DNA from: an uncultured delta proteobacterium | GTDB lineage: Bacteria; Desulfobacterota; WTBG01; CAIYCZ01; CAIRTM01 | Direction of reading: 5' to 3' | Length of the DNA stretch: 64,000 nt | Assembly: GCA_963804955.1 (NCBI GenBank) | Contig: CAWDSQ010000013.1 | Coordinates: 1 to 64,000, forward strand | Part shown: positions 61,270-64,000 of the stretch, piece by piece | Layout: the number at the start of each line of letters is the position of its first letter | How positions within the stretch are numbered: the first letter of the stretch is position 1 | The notes under the pieces: model-generated | Told to the model about the DNA's origin: nothing | The model's input: only the letters and a program-made list of their open reading frames with translations | Databases searched by the model: none | Position numbers and translations under genes: made by a program

Positions 61270-61689
61270 TTATTTGCCAGTCAGCTTTTGCTGCTGAAGC
61301 AGTTCGCTGGCTATGCAAATATTCTTCTGGCCATACGCCTTCAATTCACTTGCCAGTTCAGCAAGCTGCCTGCCATTGCTTCGCAGCGTAATCAGGCGTA
61401 TCAGCATGGGCAGGTTGACCCCCGTCAGAACTTCGACTTTGCCTTCTTCCAAAAACGATAGACTGAGATTCGATGGGGTTCCGCCAAACATATCGGTCAG
61501 CACGAGAACACCATTTCCCTTATTCACCTTTTGTATGGCTGCGGCCACCTTCTTCATGGAATCGTCAGGGGATTCATCAGGTTCAAAATTTACCGGGCAG
61601 ATATTTTCAATGTCTCCGACGATATTTTTAACGATACGGTACAATTCATCGGGAAGTCTGCAGTGACCGACAAGCACTATTCCAATCAT
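61270..61689 (-). CDS. PTS EIIA component, mannose family
   Basis: MIGIVLVGH, LTDMFGGTPSN, TGVNLPML. Confidence 0.93.
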   Translation of the reverse strand: MIGIVLVGHCRLPDELYRIVKNIVGDIENICPVNFEPDESPDDSMKKVAAAIQKVNKGNGVLVLTDMFGGTPSNLSLSFLEEGKVEVLTGVNLPMLIRLITLRSNGRQLAELASELKAYGQKNICIASELLQQQKLTGK

Positions 61690-61742
61690 CCGGCAGGTAC
61701 TCCTTTCAACCATCCCTGTTGCCGCAGGTATGGAGGCGGTGT

Positions 61743-62609
61743 TTACTCTTTATCTATATCCCTGTGTTGAGCATAAACACCTGGTCGATGCTCTAAGAAA
61801 AAGGTCTTCAACATATTTACGAGCGCGACAGATCGGTGCTTGCCCCCTGTGCACCCAATGGCGACTGTTAAATACGATTTCCCCTCGCGCTCAAACAGCG
61901 GCAGCTGAAATAATAAAAAATCGCGCAGCCGATCGACAAACTCACGGGCATCCTGTCTGCTGAGGACATACTGCATAACCGAGTCGTCATTGCCGGTGAG
62001 ATTTTTCAGCTCAGGAACAAAATGGGGATTCGGCATAAACCGAACATCTATCACGATATCAGCTTCATGCGGCACGCCGTATTTAAAACCGAAAGACAGG
62101 AAGGTTAAGGTCATGTCGCGTTTTGAAATACCGTGAAAATAATCTTCAATAGTTTTTTTTAATTCATGAATATTCCATTCGGATGTATCGACAATGTGAT
62201 CAGACATGGATTTAATTTCTTTGAGCATCGAACGCTCTCGCATGATGCCATCAAGAACCGTGCCGCCTTCGCTCAATGGATGCTGCCGCCGCGTTTCGCT
62301 GAAGCGCTGCACAAGAATGGTATCCTCGCACTCCAGAAAAATAAGAACGGGGGCATGATGCGCCTGGAGAAGCTTTTCAAAGGTGTGCTTAAAATCCTTT
62401 AAAAAATTGCGCTCGCGTACATCCATAACAAGCGCGACCCGGGAAATCTCAAACGTAGAACTCTGGCAAAGTTCTATAAACATTGGCAAAAGCAAAATCG
62501 GCAAATTATCAACACAAAAAAAACCAAGGTCTTCCAGCGTACGCAAGGCCGTACTTTTTCCGGAACCTGAGAGCCCGCTCAAGATTATGATATCTATTTT
62601 CTTTGCCAT
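61743..62609 (-). CDS. rapZ: RNase adapter / P-loop protein RapZ (YvcJ)
   Basis: SGLSGSGKS, DNLP, ETRRQHPL, SFGFKYG, DVRFMPNPH, GCTGGKHRSV. Confidence 0.96.
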   Translation of the reverse strand: MAKKIDIIILSGLSGSGKSTALRTLEDLGFFCVDNLPILLLPMFIELCQSSTFEISRVALVMDVRERNFLKDFKHTFEKLLQAHHAPVLIFLECEDTILVQRFSETRRQHPLSEGGTVLDGIMRERSMLKEIKSMSDHIVDTSEWNIHELKKTIEDYFHGISKRDMTLTFLSFGFKYGVPHEADIVIDVRFMPNPHFVPELKNLTGNDDSVMQYVLSRQDAREFVDRLRDFLLFQLPLFEREGKSYLTVAIGCTGGKHRSVALVNMLKTFFLEHRPGVYAQHRDIDKE

Positions 62610-62694
62610 AGTCCTTTGGGAGGGAAGTCATCCCGCCAGATGCAGATGGCGGGATGGCAAAAGATTCGGGTTAATTTCACAACGCATGCAACCG

Positions 62695-63164
62695 TCATGC
62701 AGTTATTTTTTCGTCTTCTTCAACCACTATAGTATACAGCGCTGCAGCGTCTGGCGCCCCAAGCAGATCGTCGCGAAAATTTTTCTCCTTCAGAAGCCGG
62801 GAAAGGCGTGCGAGAGCCTTGAGGTGCACCCCCGCAGAGTTAGATGGCGCAACCAGCAGAAAAATAAGGTGGGCGGGCTTTGCCGTCAAGCGAATCAAAC
62901 TCGATGCCTGCAATGCTGCGGGCAAACACCAGGCAGATATTTTCAAGACCGTCAAGCTTGCCATGCGGTATGGCAATGCCGTTGCCGATGCCGGTGCTCC
63001 CGAGTTTTTCGCGCTCAATCAAAACATGGTATAAATCTTTTAGATCTATACTATGTTTGCTGGCCGCAAGACATGCCACCATCTCTTCCAGAGCCAGTCT
63101 GCTTGGTTCCGGCCTTCAAGTCTGAAATAATCAGTTTTTCGTTCAAAAGTTCGCTTATTTTCAT
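62695..63164 (-). CDS. ptsN: PTS EIIA-Ntr (fructose family); two apparent indels (about 63093 and 62878)
   Basis: MKISELL.. / EREKLGSTGIGNGIAIPHGK..FDSLDGK / PAHLIFLLVAP..HLKALARLSRLL in three frames. Confidence 0.88.
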
Positions 63165-63197
63165 AAATTAATCCCTGTCAATTCACGATGCAATCTC

Positions 63198-63731
63198 TTA
63201 AATATTTTCCGGCTCAATAAGCCCGAAATCACCATTCCGTCGCTTATACAGGACATTAACATTGTCCGTATCTATATTTTTAAAAACAAAAAACTCGTCA
63301 TCGTTCTGCCCTATCTGCAGCAAAGCGCTGTCAACACTCATGGTTTTTATAGAAACACTCTCGGACTTTACAATGCTCTGTTCACGTGATGCTGTGAGCT
63401 GTTCGGCTGAAAATACATTATGGAGGGCTTTTTTATGTTCTTTATGGCTGGTAATTTTATCTTTATGTTTCTTAACCTGCCGCTCGATCTTGTCCACCAC
63501 AAGATCAATTGAGGCATACATATTGTCTTCATGTTTCTCTTTAGCGGTAATTTTGGCCCGGTTTGCATGCACGATCACTTCGGCGATATGAGCGCGTTTT
63601 TCATGAGAGAGAATAATATGCACTTCAGTTATATTGCCCAGGTACTTTTCAATCCGCGAGACCTTATCCATGGCATAATCCTTCAATGCATCGCTTGGCT
63701 CAAGGTGGCGAAAAGTTACTGTTATTTCCAT
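63198..63731 (-). CDS. hpf: Ribosome hibernation promoting factor (long HPF/RaiA)
   Basis: ITVTFRH..ALKDYA..NMYASIDLVVDKIERQ; C-terminal FFVF..NVLYKR..GLIEP. Confidence 0.93.
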   Translation of the reverse strand: MEITVTFRHLEPSDALKDYAMDKVSRIEKYLGNITEVHIILSHEKRAHIAEVIVHANRAKITAKEKHEDNMYASIDLVVDKIERQVKKHKDKITSHKEHKKALHNVFSAEQLTASREQSIVKSESVSIKTMSVDSALLQIGQNDDEFFVFKNIDTDNVNVLYKRRNGDFGLIEPENI

Positions 63732-63744
63732 AACGGCTCCTTTC

Positions 63745-64000
63745 TCAAGGTTGATAAATATGTTTTTTCCTCTTTGACGAGGAAAGAACCCCCAGCATCT
63801 CACGATACTTTGTTACCGTACGACGGGCGATATTGACGCCCTTTGCTTTTAACATTTTCACAATTTCCTGATCGCTGCAGGGCTTGTGCGTATCCTCATT
63901 CATGACGAGTTCTTTAATCATGTTTTTCACACTTTCCGAGGCAATCGATTCCCCGTCGTCGGAAGAAAGGCCGCTGTTAAAAAAATATTTCAACTCAAAA
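63745..64000 (-). CDS. rpoN: RNA polymerase sigma-54 factor, C-terminal part
   Basis: ELKYFF..SDQEI..IARRTVTKYRE RpoN box. Confidence 0.96.
   Translation of the reverse strand, partial: FELKYFFNSGLSSDDGESIASESVKNMIKELVMNEDTHKPCSDQEIVKMLKAKGVNIARRTVTKYREMLGVLSSSKRKKHIYQP

Overview
64 kb of a bacterial chromosome, most likely a Deltaproteobacteria/Desulfobacterota-like lineage (inferred from gene content and order). Two housekeeping blocks: tRNA-Val-thrS-infC-rpmI-rplT-pheS-pheT-ihfA-MerR, and rpoN-hpf-ptsN-rapZ-EIIA-rimI-pyrK-pyrD-ispG-proS-relA/spoT plus rpmB. Between and around them lie many secreted or surface proteins (DUF1566, NHL, beta-propeller, carboxypeptidase-regulatory-like, Sel1), signalling genes (REC-GGDEF, two PilZ, STAS, REC-HATPase, PAS-LuxR, WYL) and mobile-element debris (a 160-bp MITE with target-site duplication, an IS3 remnant, two dif-like sites). 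At least eight genes, including essential infC, are broken by single-base indels, most likely assembly errors. Best candidates for undescribed biology: (i) four unrelated secreted proteins sharing a Cys...LRxFRD...G...YY C-terminal domain (CFI-box-CTERM-like putative sorting tag, in short and long forms); (ii) a translationally coupled APC permease / exported methyltransferase-like protein / beta-lactamase-fold lipoprotein operon next to an NlpC/P60-beta-barrel fusion; (iii) a secreted ferrochelatase-like protein; (iv) a 436-aa HPr fusion protein. No CRISPR array, reverse transcriptase, integrase or rRNA was seen. All domain calls come from motif recognition by eye, not database searches.
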